A stretch of 64,000 nt of DNA from an uncultured bacterium (GTDB lineage Bacteria; Chloroflexota; UBA5177; JANWHV01). Below, piece after piece: positions 30,669 through 41,303 of the stretch. Numbering within the stretch: the stretch's first letter is position 1; each line of letters begins with the position of its first letter. The translations under genes and the position numbers were made by a program. Location: positions 1 to 64,000 of the forward strand of contig CAVSOU010000017.1 in the NCBI GenBank assembly GCA_963729625.1. The letters run 5' to 3'. Below the pieces are notes generated by a model. The model did not search any database. It saw nothing but the letters and a program-made list of their open reading frames with translations, and was not told the origin of the DNA.

Positions 30669-31041
30669 ATGAGCAGGTTTCGTCAACGGCTGCGCGCCGC
30701 ATTGCAGAATCCGGAAGTGGCCGCCGGCTATCGAGAGGCGGCGGCTGAGCGTGCGCTGCTGGACGCAATCGAGCATATTCGTGAGCAACAGGGCGTGTCG
30801 AAGGAGCAGCTTGCCGCACGTATGGGCCGTCGGCGGGAAGCCATATCACGTAGTCCTCGCCGCGCAGGACAGTAACCCGACGCTTGAGACCATCGTTGCC
30901 TGGTGCGAGGCGCTGGGGATCACCGCCGACATAACCTTTCGGCAAGCTCGCACTGGAGAGGCGCCAATCCTAGTCGCGTGTCGTGCTGCAGGAGCCGACC
31001 CTGAACGGGTTTCGGCATCCAGGGCGAATCGGAGCGGTTAG
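30669..31041 (+). pseudogene. frameshifted HTH antitoxin
   Basis: 'IREQQGVSKEQLAARMG..EAISR' continues as 'VLAAQDSNPTLETI' in another frame (~30852). Confidence 0.65.
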
Positions 31042-31156
31042 GCCAGGAACGCTCCCAGCGGGATGACGGTCCAGGATCGCATACGTGATTCGGCCTGGCG
31101 GCGGCAGCGACTGCGTCGTCATCGCCAAATACTCCGGAAAAGGCCAGATATCCAGG

Positions 31157-31207
31157 GTGTATGTCACACGAACCTTAGATATAATCAAAGGTATGTATGA
31201 CACACAT
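31157..31207. promoter_or_regulatory. inverted repeat around TATAAT at the abiEi promoter
   Basis: GTGTATGTCACACGAACCTT ... AAGGTATGTATGACACACAT imperfect inverted repeat flanking GATATAATC. Confidence 0.6.
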
Positions 31208-31798
31208 TCGGCCCCCGATCCAGACGGACTCTTCGCGCAGGCATCCGAACAGGCCGGCTACTTCACCAGCGCGCAAGCGCGGGCTTTCGGCTACAGTTGG
31301 ACGATGCTCTCGCACCACACGGCAACCGGCCGCTTCAGGCGCCTGCGCCGCGGGCTCTATCGGCTGCGGGACTATCCATCGTCGCCACACGAAGAGGTGA
31401 TGGCCGCCTGGCTTGCGGTGGGAAAGGAGAATGCGGTCGTCTCCCATGAGAGCGCGCTGGCGCTCCTCGGGTTGTCCGACGTCGTGCCCAACGATATTCA
31501 CATTCTGATACCTCGATCCCGGCGCGGGCTCCAACCCGACCCGATGATCTCGCTCCATACGACGGCGCACCCGCTTGCGCCCGGCGACGTGGTCGTCAGG
31601 GAGGGGATACGGCTCACCACTCCGCTGCGCACCATCCTGGACGTAGCGGAGACGGGCACGGCCTCCGAACAGGTGATCATGGCTATCGAGCAGGCGCGGC
31701 TTCGTGGCTGGATCACCGCCAATAACCTGCGCGCGAGGGCGCAGGAGCGCGGTGGTCGGGCGATCGCGCTTGTTGAGCAGGGTCTCGACAGAGCATGA
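31193..31798 (+). CDS. type IV TA antitoxin AbiEi family
   Basis: 'ASEQAGYFTSAQA', 'RLRRGLYRL', 'VVSHESAL', 'TTPLRTILD'. Confidence 0.88.
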   Translation: MYDTHSAPDPDGLFAQASEQAGYFTSAQARAFGYSWTMLSHHTATGRFRRLRRGLYRLRDYPSSPHEEVMAAWLAVGKENAVVSHESALALLGLSDVVPNDIHILIPRSRRGLQPDPMISLHTTAHPLAPGDVVVREGIRLTTPLRTILDVAETGTASEQVIMAIEQARLRGWITANNLRARAQERGGRAIALVEQGLDRA

Positions 31799-32049
31799 CA
31801 GGGAGGTATCGCACCGCTGCCGCATTCCGGATCGCGCTCGAAGCGCATATGGCCGGGCCCAGGTCGTGTGGATCGCGCGGAGGCAGCTCCACGCTCTCTT
31901 CCGCGCCGGATGTGGGTCACATTGCCAAAGCTGGGATGAATCCGCTCGACCTGATCAAACAGTATCGTTCTCTGGTGAACCATGTCCATTACAAGGGTAT
32001 GGGCAGCGATCATCAATGGGCGACAGGTGGCGCAGGGTCTCATCCGTAG
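31795..32049 (+). pseudogene. AbiEii N-terminal stub fused to a sugar-phosphate-isomerase fragment
   Basis: 'RYRTAAAFRIALEAH' (AbiEii-like start), then 'PDVGHIAKAGMNPLDLIKQYRSLVNHVHYK', similar to 46444-47280. Confidence 0.6.
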
Positions 32050-32136
32050 TGCAACAAGCGGCAGTGCGTGCGTTCGGGTCTGACGAGCGCGTGTGGGAGG
32101 TACGGTGGGCCACTATGCGCGTGGAGTGGCCCGCTG

Positions 32137-32580
32137 TCACGTCTGGTCAGCGCCGCGTGGATGCCATCGACTGATGGTTACCAGATCGTCGAAGTCACTG
32201 TCGAAAGTGGCTAGTGGCAGGTGCTGCTGCTCTGCAATCGCTGCTACGATGGCGTCGGCAAACCCCAGCTTGGGTGTGGAGACGTAGAGATCGAGTGCTC
32301 GCAGATACACGCGCTTCTGGCCGCGGGGCAGCTTGAAGCCGGGCATCTGGAGCAGAAGTCGGATGGCAGTGGCGATCTCAGCAGCCGGCAGATTGTAGTG
32401 CGCTTTGGAGGCGAGCACGAAAGCTACCTCATGCAATACTACCTCGGCGGCGGTGATCTCCTCCTCGCCGCGCTGCACGGCCTCAACGAGCGCACGCGCC
32501 TCCTCGGCCATCGCCTGCTGCGCTGGAGTCGTGGGCTGCACGAGATAGCGCAGGAAGACATTGGCGTCCACGAGGATCAC
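32137..32580 (-). CDS. vapC: PIN-domain toxin
   Basis: 'LVDANVFLRYL', 'EV', 'FADAI', 'LATFD.DF'. Confidence 0.9.
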   Translation of the reverse strand: MILVDANVFLRYLVQPTTPAQQAMAEEARALVEAVQRGEEEITAAEVVLHEVAFVLASKAHYNLPAAEIATAIRLLLQMPGFKLPRGQKRVYLRALDLYVSTPKLGFADAIVAAIAEQQHLPLATFDSDFDDLVTISRWHPRGADQT

Positions 32581-32849
32581 GGATGCTCCAGGCGCCCGGC
32601 GATGCGCGCTGCCTCCTCCGCCCGGGCCTCTGCGATTTGCTCGTCAAAGTCGGCGGTCTCTCGGCCACGCAAGGGCGCTACCGAGCCATACAAGCTGCTC
32701 ACGGTCCGCGTCACCGGCCTGAGCCGGACATCTGCGCCCTCGATGAAAAAGGCCACCTTGTCCCCGGCTGACAGCCCTAAGCGCTTGCGCACCGCACTGG
32801 GGAGGGTGACCTGCCCCTTGCGACTGATCGTGGATACTATCTCTTGCAC
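32577..32849 (-). CDS. AbrB/MazE-family antitoxin
   Basis: 'TISRKGQVTLPSAVRKRLGLSAGDKV'. Confidence 0.9.
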   Translation of the reverse strand: MQEIVSTISRKGQVTLPSAVRKRLGLSAGDKVAFFIEGADVRLRPVTRTVSSLYGSVAPLRGRETADFDEQIAEARAEEAARIAGRLEHP

Positions 32850-32869
32850 AGGCAGCTCCTGGTAAAGAC

Positions 32870-32990
32870 TATGTACACGTAGGGCACCCGCGTTGTAGGC
32901 CTCCCACACGGGCTAGGCCTCGCTCAGCCACGGTTGGCGCCCCAAGAGCAAGTCGAGGACGATGTTGGTGTCCAGCAGGACCTTGATCAC
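32870..32990 (-). pseudogene. truncated PIN toxin stub
   Basis: VIKVLLDTNIVLDLLLGRQPWLSEA followed by an in-frame stop. Confidence 0.65.
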
Positions 32991-33012
32991 TCCCGTCGCA
33001 CCGGCAGTGCCC

Positions 33013-33249
33013 TCAACCATAGCGCTCCAGCCGGTGCTCCTCCAGCCACACCGCCACGTCTGCGTCGTCGGGCACCGGCCCGTCTGGCGCTGCGAGCCCT
33101 GCTAGTTCCTGCCAGCGCGCCCGCACGCCGGAGTGATCGCTCGTCAGCACCTGGTCGAGAATGCGCTGCGCAAGCAGCAGCCGATCGCGCGTCGACCACG
33201 AGGTGATCGTCCGCAGAATGGCCTCAGCGTCGCTTGACGTAGGCGTCAC
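33013..33249 (-). CDS. small putative antitoxin (partner of the PIN stub)
   Basis: 78 aa ending 'WLEEHRLERYG'; lies upstream of the PIN stub; GAGG RBS. Confidence 0.6.
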   Translation of the reverse strand: MTPTSSDAEAILRTITSWSTRDRLLLAQRILDQVLTSDHSGVRARWQELAGLAAPDGPVPDDADVAVWLEEHRLERYG

Positions 33250-33349
33250 ATCAGCGCCTCTCTCTTGTCCTGCTGCTCGTTGTTTCGGCAGTGTACCACG
33301 CCATGCGGCACAGCTACTCACCGGCCGGCCTCAGATTTGGATCCGTGCT

Positions 33350-33990
33350 GAGCCGGCGCATGCGGCTGCCGTCCGGACTGATGGCCAGTGCCGCCGAGAT
33401 GCTCTGTGCGTTCATCCTTTTCGCCGTCGCCAGCCTCGTGGCCGGCGAGCGCCTGCATCAGCTGCCCCCCGCCCAAACCGTGCTCGCGGTGGCCTACCTG
33501 GTGGCGATGGGCTCGGTGGTGGGCTTCAGCGCGTACCTGTTCCTGCTCGGCCATACCCGCCCGGCCATCGCCACCAGCTACACGTATGTCAATCCTGTGA
33601 TCGCCCTCGGCGTGGGCGTCTGGCTCGGCGGGGAACACTTCTCGAGGGCGGCACTGATTGCGTCGCCGATCATCCTCAGCGGCGTGTGCAGCCGGATCGC
33701 GGGCGACCCGCCGCACCTGAGCGGAACGACGCTGGCAACCAACGTCGGTACGAACTGGAGCGGGCCGAACTATGACCGAAAGCCCACCGGTATACTGTGC
33801 CTCGACAACACGTTATATCTGGCTTTCCAGAATCTCAATCGCCTCAACTTCAGCGATGCGCCTGCGGCTTCGATCGCCAAATCCACGGACCACGGCGCGA
33901 CGTGGACCTGGGACACGGCGACGCCGATGTTCGGCGATCCGGGCAACCCGGCCGATCCGCTCGCCTACAAGTTCACCACTCTCATTGACG
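33350..33990 (+). pseudogene. chimera: EamA/YedA transporter C-terminal fragment joined to a secreted beta-propeller-like fragment
   Basis: 'AYL...GSVVGFSAY...ATSYTYVNPVIAL..G' then abruptly 'YDRKPTGILC...STDHGATWTW'. Confidence 0.6.
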
Positions 33991-34142
33991 AACCAGCGTC
34001 GACATATGAGGCTGCCATGGCGGAGTTCGTGCGGCGATCGGCACCGCGCACGCCCGTGCGCACGGCCCTGCGGCAGCGCCCCGAGACTGCGGAGCAGGCG
34101 GCGCACCGCCGGCTGAGACAGCCTCACCGCAATCTGTCCAGA

Positions 34143-35660
34143 CTAGAGGGAGTAGATGGCGCCGAACTTGGCCCACAGGTAGCGAAGGTATGGCTCGGTA
34201 GTGAGGGGGGCGCCTGTAGCCCGCTGGATCAGGTCCGCCGGATCGAACTTGCGACCGTGCCGGTGCACGTTTTGGCGAAGCCAGCCGAGCAAGCCCGCAA
34301 ACTGGCCACTGCTCAGCTGCCGGTCGAGGTCCGGGATTGCCCGGTGCACAGCCTCCCATAATTGCGCGGCGATGATGTTCCCCAGGGCATAGTCCTGGAA
34401 GCCGCTAAATCCCCATGTCCAGTGAATATCCTGCAAGATCCCACTCGAATCGGTCGGAGAGGTGATCCCCAGGTACGACTGCATTGCCGCGTTCCAGGCC
34501 TCAGGGGCATCCTGCACGCTCAGCTTGCCATCGAAAAGCGCGATCTCGAGCTCAAAGCGCAGCATGATGTGGAGGCAGTAAGTGACTTCGTCCGCCTCGA
34601 CCCTGATCAGTGACGGTTGGACCTTGTTGACGGCACGGTAGAATGCGTGCACGTCGACATCGCCCAGTGCCTCCGGGAACGCAGCCTGGACGACAGGGTA
34701 GTAGAACTGCCAGAAGGGGAGGCCGCGACCAACGTAGTTCTCCCACAGGCGCGACTGGCTCTCGTGCACGCCCGGCGACACGCCGTGGTCGAGCAGCGAT
34801 CGATCGAGCGACTCGCCGACGCCTTGCTCGTAGAGGCCATGGCCGGCTTCGTGCATCGTGCCCATCAGGGCCATCGGCAGGAAGTGGTCGCTAAACCGCG
34901 TGGTAATGCGCACGTCCTGGCGACCGAAGGAGGTTTCGAACGGATGGGCGGTGCGATCCAGGCGACCGCGGCTGAAGTCGTACCCGAATTTCGTCACGAC
35001 ATCTCGGCATAGCCGCTCCTGCGTAGGCTCGTCGTACAAGCGGTGCAGGGGGCCGTCGTCGACCCTCGTGCCGTGCGGCGCGATGCGCTGCATGAGGTCG
35101 ATAAGTGCCGGGCGAAGCGCAGCGAAGATGGCCTGCACTGCGGCCGTGGTCATGCCGGGCTCCCTCTGATCGATAAGCGCGTCGAAGGGGCGTTCCGCGT
35201 AGCCGAGGTGCTCGGCCAGGCGGTGGGAAAGGTCGATGTTTCGCTGCAGCCAGGGCGCAAACGCGGCGAAGTCGTTGTCGCGCCTAGCCACTTTCCAGAC
35301 GGGGTTGGCCAGCGCAGCATTGCGAGCTATCTCGGCCACAAGCTCGGAAGGCACACGTGTGCCCCGATCGTAGTCCCGGCGAATCACGCGCACGAGGTTG
35401 TAGTCGTCGCCATCCCGATCGAGCCCGGCGACGGTATCCTCTGCTTCCTGCAGCAATGCACCAAGCTTGGCCGAGGTGAGCCGTTCATGTGCGATGGTTT
35501 GCAGCGCGACCAGGGACTCAGCGCGGCCGGCAGCCCCTTGCTCCGGCATCTGTGTCAGTTGGTCCCAGTTGAGCACGGCCGCCGCTCGTTGAATATCGGC
35601 GATTTCGTGCAGCTCTCCCTTCAGCTGATCCAAAGCGCCCGCCGCTGCCGTCTCCGCCAT
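34143..35660 (-). CDS. carboxypeptidase M32 (Taq-like)
   Basis: 'HPF', 'DVRITT', 'HEAGH', 'HESQSR', 'IRVEADE', 'LQDIHW'. Confidence 0.95.
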   Translation of the reverse strand: MAETAAAGALDQLKGELHEIADIQRAAAVLNWDQLTQMPEQGAAGRAESLVALQTIAHERLTSAKLGALLQEAEDTVAGLDRDGDDYNLVRVIRRDYDRGTRVPSELVAEIARNAALANPVWKVARRDNDFAAFAPWLQRNIDLSHRLAEHLGYAERPFDALIDQREPGMTTAAVQAIFAALRPALIDLMQRIAPHGTRVDDGPLHRLYDEPTQERLCRDVVTKFGYDFSRGRLDRTAHPFETSFGRQDVRITTRFSDHFLPMALMGTMHEAGHGLYEQGVGESLDRSLLDHGVSPGVHESQSRLWENYVGRGLPFWQFYYPVVQAAFPEALGDVDVHAFYRAVNKVQPSLIRVEADEVTYCLHIMLRFELEIALFDGKLSVQDAPEAWNAAMQSYLGITSPTDSSGILQDIHWTWGFSGFQDYALGNIIAAQLWEAVHRAIPDLDRQLSSGQFAGLLGWLRQNVHRHGRKFDPADLIQRATGAPLTTEPYLRYLWAKFGAIYSL

Positions 35661-36029
35661 CACGTTCTCCCGCCACTCTGGTGAGGGTCGCGCCGGCGTC
35701 ACTGCCGCGATCGCGGCCTCGTCTCCGTGATGGTAGCGTGCTGGTCGGTTATTGACCTCGTTTGCCCACTCCCGCTTGCCCCGGTGCTGTCCGTTGGCCA
35801 CGGCAACGATCGGCGGAAGAGGAGAAGCTATCGTGACTCAGCAGCCCCATCATGCATCATATGCGCCCCTGGCGAGTGGTTGGCAAGACCGCATTGATGG
35901 TGTGCTTTGACCCCTGGACTCCCATTGCCACTGCCTGCACCGCGTGCATGAATATGCCGGCCGGTCGTGCAACGCCACCCTGAGCCAGCACCTCACGGAG
36001 GCGCCAGATCATACCAGCCCGCGCCAATC

Positions 36030-36180
36030 TCAATTGTCCGCATAGCCCTGCTCCCACGTGCGCAACGCATCGTGGTTGCGCAGATCGACGTGGAAGTCGA
36101 CAGCGGCCTTGAGGGCCAGCAGCACCGATACCCAGCCGGTCGTGACCTCGCCGCAGTCGGCGGAGGGTACGCCTTGGTCG
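36030..36180 (-). pseudogene. C-terminal remnant of an SRPBCC-like protein
   Basis: 'GWVSVLLALKAAVDFHVDLRNHDALRTWEQGYADN*' with no start. Confidence 0.5.
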
Positions 36181-36267
36181 ACGTGCTGTGCGACGGCATG
36201 TTGTCCATCCTGGACAGTGCATCATCCTCCTCTCGCACGTTGCACCAAGTTGTGCAGTTTGCACGTA

Positions 36268-36740
36268 TTACGCCGACTCACGCTTGACGACTGAACACTT
36301 GACGTCCACGCTGCCCTGAAAGGCGGAATCCTGGATCGCGGTGAGCAGTAAGCTTGCGGCGGCCAATCCGATCTGTGACGTCGGTTGCTCCATCGTGGTA
36401 AGCGATGGGACGCTATATGCGCCTTCGGCGATGTTGTCGAACCCAATGACCGCGATCCGCTCGGGGACGGCTATACGCTCCTTGCGAAGAACGGAGAGTA
36501 CGCTCAGCGCCATATCGTCATTAGCGACGAACACGCCGTCCGGCGGCTCCGGTCGGTCGAGCAGTGTGCCTATCGCTCGCGCTCCGCTCTCCGGCTGGAA
36601 AGTCCCTCTTCCTCGATTGGCGGTCCCAGGGCGCAGTCCAGAAGAGCACGTCGGTAGCCGGCGCGGCGTCGACCGGCATTGGACGCGCTAGGCGGCCCGG
36701 TAATATGCGCGATACGCCTGTAGCCGCGCACAGCCAAGAC
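36268..36740 (-). pseudogene. LacI-family regulator C-terminal remnant, frameshifted and lacking the HTH
   Basis: 'GYRRIAHITGP', 'RRRAGY', 'VFVANDDMAL', 'VIGFDN', 'PSLTT'. Confidence 0.75.
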
Positions 36741-36936
36741 CGGCGGTCGTGGCCTGAAGCGCAGCCAGAGTTGGCTCGACGTAGGTAACGCCCCGTAAAC
36801 TATATTGAGTGTATTGACGTGTTCGTAGCCTAACGAGAGGCGACCATCACGCACGGGGAGCGCCTGACCAGCGCTCAGACTGGAAAACCCAACGCGGTTC
36901 GTACACAACTCTTGCGCAGGATGAGGGGGTAGCGCC

Positions 36937-38160
36937 ATGGCACCGTCCGCAACCACCAGCCGGTCTTCGGTAGAGCGCGCTTTTGACCAAGGAGCCGGCG
37001 TGTTGCGCCTGGCGCCCAACTGGGTACCCCGTGCATTTTGTGTGCCGGGACGGCGCATCAAGCTGCATCCCGACGACTATTATGCGCTCGGTGGCGCTCG
37101 CGGCGGCATCGACGAGCGCTGGTTTTCGTCGGCGATCCGCGCTGACAACGGACCCCTAACCGGGCCGTACGAGGGACTCAGCTTGATCGTCGGTCCCGAT
37201 GACGAGAGCATCCCCCTCGACGTGGCGGTCGCCACGCTTGGCAGTGCGCTCATCGGTGAGCGGCTCTGGCGGGAGTATGGCAGGTGGCCCATATACAGCA
37301 AGTTCTTTGACAATCTGGCCGCACTGCCGTTCCACATTCATCAGCGGGATGAGCACGCCGCGCTCGTAGGTCAAGCAGGCAAGCCCGAAGCCTACTTCTT
37401 TCCCGCACAACTGAACAACCACGGTGGCGACTTCCCGCACACGTTCTTCGGCCTACACCCACATACGACACGAGAACAGATGCGAGCCTGCCTGGCGGCA
37501 TTCGCACAGGGTGACAACCACATTACAGACTTGTCCCGCGCCTATCGGCTCGAAGTGGACACGGGATGGGACGTGCCTGCAGGAACACTGCATGCTCCAG
37601 GCAGTCTCTGCACGTATGAGCCGCAGCGGGATTCAGATGTCTTCGGAATGCTCGAGTCGCTGACCGGCAACCAGGTGGTTGCCGAGGACCTGCTCTGGAA
37701 GGATGCGCCCCCTGAGCGGCGCGGCGACCTGGACCTTGTGCTCAGCTGGATTGACTGGGAAGCAAACCTCGATCCCGACTTCGCGGCCCGCCATTTCATG
37801 CGTCCAAAGCCGGTGCGAGATACCGCGGAAATGCAGGAGGACGGCTACAGCGAGCAGTGGATCGCCTTCAAGTCGCCCGCGTTGAGCGCTAAGGAGCTCA
37901 CCGTGCTGCCCGGGCGGACGGCGACCATCCGAGATGCCGCTGCCTACGGCTTCATCGTGATCCAGGGTCATGGCACGCTCGGGCAGTGGCCGCTCGAGGC
38001 GCCCGCCTTGATTCGCTATGGCCAGCTGACCAATGACGAGTACTTCGTGGCTGAAAGTGCGGCGAGAGCCGGTGTCATCATCACGAATCCGAGCACGTGC
38101 GACCCGTTGGTGATGCTCAAGCATTTCGGTCCGGGCAATCCTGATCTCAGCCTGCAGTAG
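36937..38160 (+). CDS. uncharacterised cupin, mannose-6-phosphate-isomerase-like
   Basis: 'SKFFD...LPFHIHQ', 'GKPEAY', 'GTLHAPG'. Confidence 0.65.
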   Translation: MAPSATTSRSSVERAFDQGAGVLRLAPNWVPRAFCVPGRRIKLHPDDYYALGGARGGIDERWFSSAIRADNGPLTGPYEGLSLIVGPDDESIPLDVAVATLGSALIGERLWREYGRWPIYSKFFDNLAALPFHIHQRDEHAALVGQAGKPEAYFFPAQLNNHGGDFPHTFFGLHPHTTREQMRACLAAFAQGDNHITDLSRAYRLEVDTGWDVPAGTLHAPGSLCTYEPQRDSDVFGMLESLTGNQVVAEDLLWKDAPPERRGDLDLVLSWIDWEANLDPDFAARHFMRPKPVRDTAEMQEDGYSEQWIAFKSPALSAKELTVLPGRTATIRDAAAYGFIVIQGHGTLGQWPLEAPALIRYGQLTNDEYFVAESAARAGVIITNPSTCDPLVMLKHFGPGNPDLSLQ

Positions 38161-38569
38161 GTAGACTTGGGAAGGCATGAACCGGCGCGGCTGAGGTAAG
38201 CTTCGGGCCGTGAACCGGAAGTCGGACGACGTCGGGAGGTCGGCTCTGTCGGCGCTGTCATGGAGCGTTGACGCTCAGGCGGAGCTATGGTAGAGTGGCG
38301 CTCAGATGCCAGCAGGATGAGGGATCCGCGCGACCCGGCCCGCGACCGGACAGGGCAGGGCGTGGCGGCGCTGATGAAACACGCGACTGTGCCTCACCTC
38401 GATGAGGCCGTGGGCCGGAGTGTTTGGTATCTGGCCGCTGACGCACATATCTCAATGCAAGATCCCTGGGGATTGAGCGGGGCGTCGCGCCCCCATAAGC
38501 GTACGATCGACTGGCTGGCGCGCGCCCGGCGTGCGGGTGTCTGACCGGGCGAGAGAGGAGCTTCTCGCA

Positions 38570-40114
38570 GTGGCCCACGGAATCATCGAAGCCCGAACGC
38601 TCTGGAAGACCTTCGCTTCAGTGCCCGCTGTCAGTGATGTATCGCTGCGTGTCGACGCCGGCGAGGTAGTCGCTCTGCTCGGAGAGAACGGGGCCGGCAA
38701 GTCGACCGTGTTGAAGATGCTCGGCGGCGTCTACATGCCAGATCGAGGCACGGGCGAGATCCTTGTGGATGGGACGCCCGTCCACCTCGAGTCACCAGGA
38801 CATGCGCAGCATCTTGGCATTGCCATGATCCATCAGGAGCTGGCGTACGTTCCGGGTCGCTCTGTTGCTCAGAACGTATATCTCGGACGAGAGCCTCATC
38901 GATCGGGGCTGGCGGGACGGCTTGGAGTAGTCGACAGGGCCAGGCTCAACCAGGAAACACGAGAGGCGCTGGCCAGCATCGGCGCAACCATCCCCGTCTC
39001 GGCACTGCTTTCGGACCTCTCGGTTGCCCAACGGCAGCAGGTCGAAATCGCAAAAGCGATTTCGACACATGCCAGGGTCATCTTGATGGACGAGCCGACG
39101 TCGGCTCTCTCGGAAGAGCAGTCGGGACGCTTGTTGGAGCTTATCAAGCACCTGCGAAGCCAGGGATTGTCGATCGTCTTTACGACCCATCGCATAAACG
39201 AAGCCTTCCAGATCGCGGATCGATTCGTGGTCATGCGCGACAGTCGTGCCGTGGCGGATGTCCCGGCGCGAGATGCAACGATCGGCGGGATCATCACCCA
39301 GATGGTGGGTCGTCCCGTACAAGCATATTACGCCACCGAGGAGCATGCGCGCGTGTCTAGTCGTCCGGTTCTCGAGGTGAAGGGGCTGAGCGGTGGCATT
39401 GTGCGGGACGTGAGTTTCTCGCTGTACGCCGGAGAGATACTTGGATTTGGTGGCCTCGTGGGCGCCGGCAGAACGGAAATGGTGCGCCTGTTGTTCGGCG
39501 CCGATCGGGCGACATCGGGCACCATACTGATCGACGGAGTGCGAAAGCACATCAGGAATCCCAATGATGCGGTCGGAGCGGGAATCGGGCTCGTCCCGGA
39601 AGATCGGAAGATACAGGGACTCGTGCTGCAGCTAGCGGTGCGCGAGAACATGGTGTTACCCAGTCTTAGACGGCTGTCGACCCTCGGGGTGCTGAAGAAG
39701 CGTCAGCTCAATGCCGCCGCAGCCGAACATGTCCGCCAATTGCGCATACGCATACGAGCGCTGAACCAGGAAGCACGGACGTTGAGCGGCGGTAACCAGC
39801 AGAAGGTAGTCCTGGCAAAGTGGCTAATGGTATCTCCGCGGATACTGATTCTGGACGAGCCGACTCGAGGCATTGACGTCGGGGCAAAGGCTGAGGTCTA
39901 TCACCTGGTTGGCGAGCTGGCTCACTCGGGTATTGGGATCATTTTCATCTCCTCGGAGCTTCCAGAACTGTTGTCTATCAGTGACCGAGTTGCGGTGATG
40001 TATCGCGGACAGATCAGGACTATTCTCGATCGCGCCGACGCAAATCCAGAGCGGTTCATGCGCTACGCAGCAGGCTTCTCGGATACTGGTGCCGGGCTGC
40101 TGGCTGGGGCATGA
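38570..40114 (+). CDS. monosaccharide ABC transporter ATP-binding protein (RbsA-like)
   Basis: GENGAGKST, 'LSGGNQQKV', 'DEPTRGIDVGAK'. Confidence 0.95.
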   Translation: MAHGIIEARTLWKTFASVPAVSDVSLRVDAGEVVALLGENGAGKSTVLKMLGGVYMPDRGTGEILVDGTPVHLESPGHAQHLGIAMIHQELAYVPGRSVAQNVYLGREPHRSGLAGRLGVVDRARLNQETREALASIGATIPVSALLSDLSVAQRQQVEIAKAISTHARVILMDEPTSALSEEQSGRLLELIKHLRSQGLSIVFTTHRINEAFQIADRFVVMRDSRAVADVPARDATIGGIITQMVGRPVQAYYATEEHARVSSRPVLEVKGLSGGIVRDVSFSLYAGEILGFGGLVGAGRTEMVRLLFGADRATSGTILIDGVRKHIRNPNDAVGAGIGLVPEDRKIQGLVLQLAVRENMVLPSLRRLSTLGVLKKRQLNAAAAEHVRQLRIRIRALNQEARTLSGGNQQKVVLAKWLMVSPRILILDEPTRGIDVGAKAEVYHLVGELAHSGIGIIFISSELPELLSISDRVAVMYRGQIRTILDRADANPERFMRYAAGFSDTGAGLLAGA

Positions 40115-40169
40115 CGCCGGCGCGAACGCATCCGGGCAGAGCAGAGACAGTTTCGAAGGGTGTAGGGAT

Positions 40170-41303
40170 ATGACCGACGAGCGGGCGGATACGACGGGCG
40201 AAAAGACTCGCGGCAGTGTTGCCCTTGTTGGCCGGCTCCGGGGCATGTCGTGGGGATCACTCCTGGCGCGCCCCGAGGCCGGAGTCTTCATCACGTTCGC
40301 GATTCTCGCGATATTCCTGTCGCTGGACAGCTCCAGCTTCCTCACGAGCCAGAACATTGCCTTCACGAGCCGCTCGTTCTCGTTCATAGCTATTGCAGCC
40401 ATCGGCGAAGGGCTGATAATCATCTCCGGGGGCCTCGACCTGTCGGTTGGATCGACCATGGGATTGTCAGGAACCATAGCCGCGTGGTATGGGACGCATG
40501 GCTATGACACCGCTGTCTGCCTCGCAGCAGGTCTTGGCATTGGCTGCCTCGTCGGGTTCATCAACGGCGTGCTGATCGCGAAGCTGAACCTGAACCCCTT
40601 CATCGTGACCCTGGCCATGCTGAACATGGTGCGCAGTCTGGTCTACGTGATTACGCAGGGCTATCCGCTGGTCGGCCTGCCCGATGCTCTGACAAGTCTG
40701 GGACAAACGTCGATCGTCGGCGTGCCGGTCCCGGTTGTGATTATGCTCGCCATTGGCGTGCTTTTCGCCTGGCTCATGCGGTCGACTGCGTTTGGCTGGC
40801 ACATCTTTGCGATGGGCGGCAGTATCGAAAGCGCGCGGCTGGCAGGCGTGCGAGTCGACCGGCTGAAGATAATGCTCTACACGCTTGGCGGTCTGCTCGC
40901 CGCGGTCGGCGGAATACTGCTGACAGCCCGCCTGGGCGTCGGCGATGCTTCAAACGGCACCGGGTACGAGCTGCAGGTCATCGCCAGCTGCATCATCGGC
41001 GGCGTGAGTCTCTATGGGGGAATCGGGGGCGTCTTCGGCATCCTTCTCGGCGCCGCCTTGATCGGTGTTCTGCAGAACGGTCTGGTGCTGCTCGGGATTT
41101 CCACATTCTGGCAGCAGTTCGCGCTGGGTGCTGTGATTCTTTTGGCAGTAGTCATCGACCGCATTCGCACGATCCGCTCCGGAGCGGCGCGACCGGCGTG
41201 GGCCGCGCGTTGGCCGAGCTTGCCCTGGCGTTCGAGTAGGTCACGGCAGCGTCACGGCAACGTGGACACCGGGACAACGGGAACGAAAGGAGGTGATCGC
41301 TGA
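40170..41303 (+). CDS. monosaccharide ABC permease (RbsC-like)
   Basis: 'GGLDLSVG', 'PFIVTL', 'YELQVIA..IIGGVSLYGG'. Confidence 0.93.
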   Translation: MTDERADTTGEKTRGSVALVGRLRGMSWGSLLARPEAGVFITFAILAIFLSLDSSSFLTSQNIAFTSRSFSFIAIAAIGEGLIIISGGLDLSVGSTMGLSGTIAAWYGTHGYDTAVCLAAGLGIGCLVGFINGVLIAKLNLNPFIVTLAMLNMVRSLVYVITQGYPLVGLPDALTSLGQTSIVGVPVPVVIMLAIGVLFAWLMRSTAFGWHIFAMGGSIESARLAGVRVDRLKIMLYTLGGLLAAVGGILLTARLGVGDASNGTGYELQVIASCIIGGVSLYGGIGGVFGILLGAALIGVLQNGLVLLGISTFWQQFALGAVILLAVVIDRIRTIRSGAARPAWAARWPSLPWRSSRSRQRHGNVDTGTTGTKGGDR

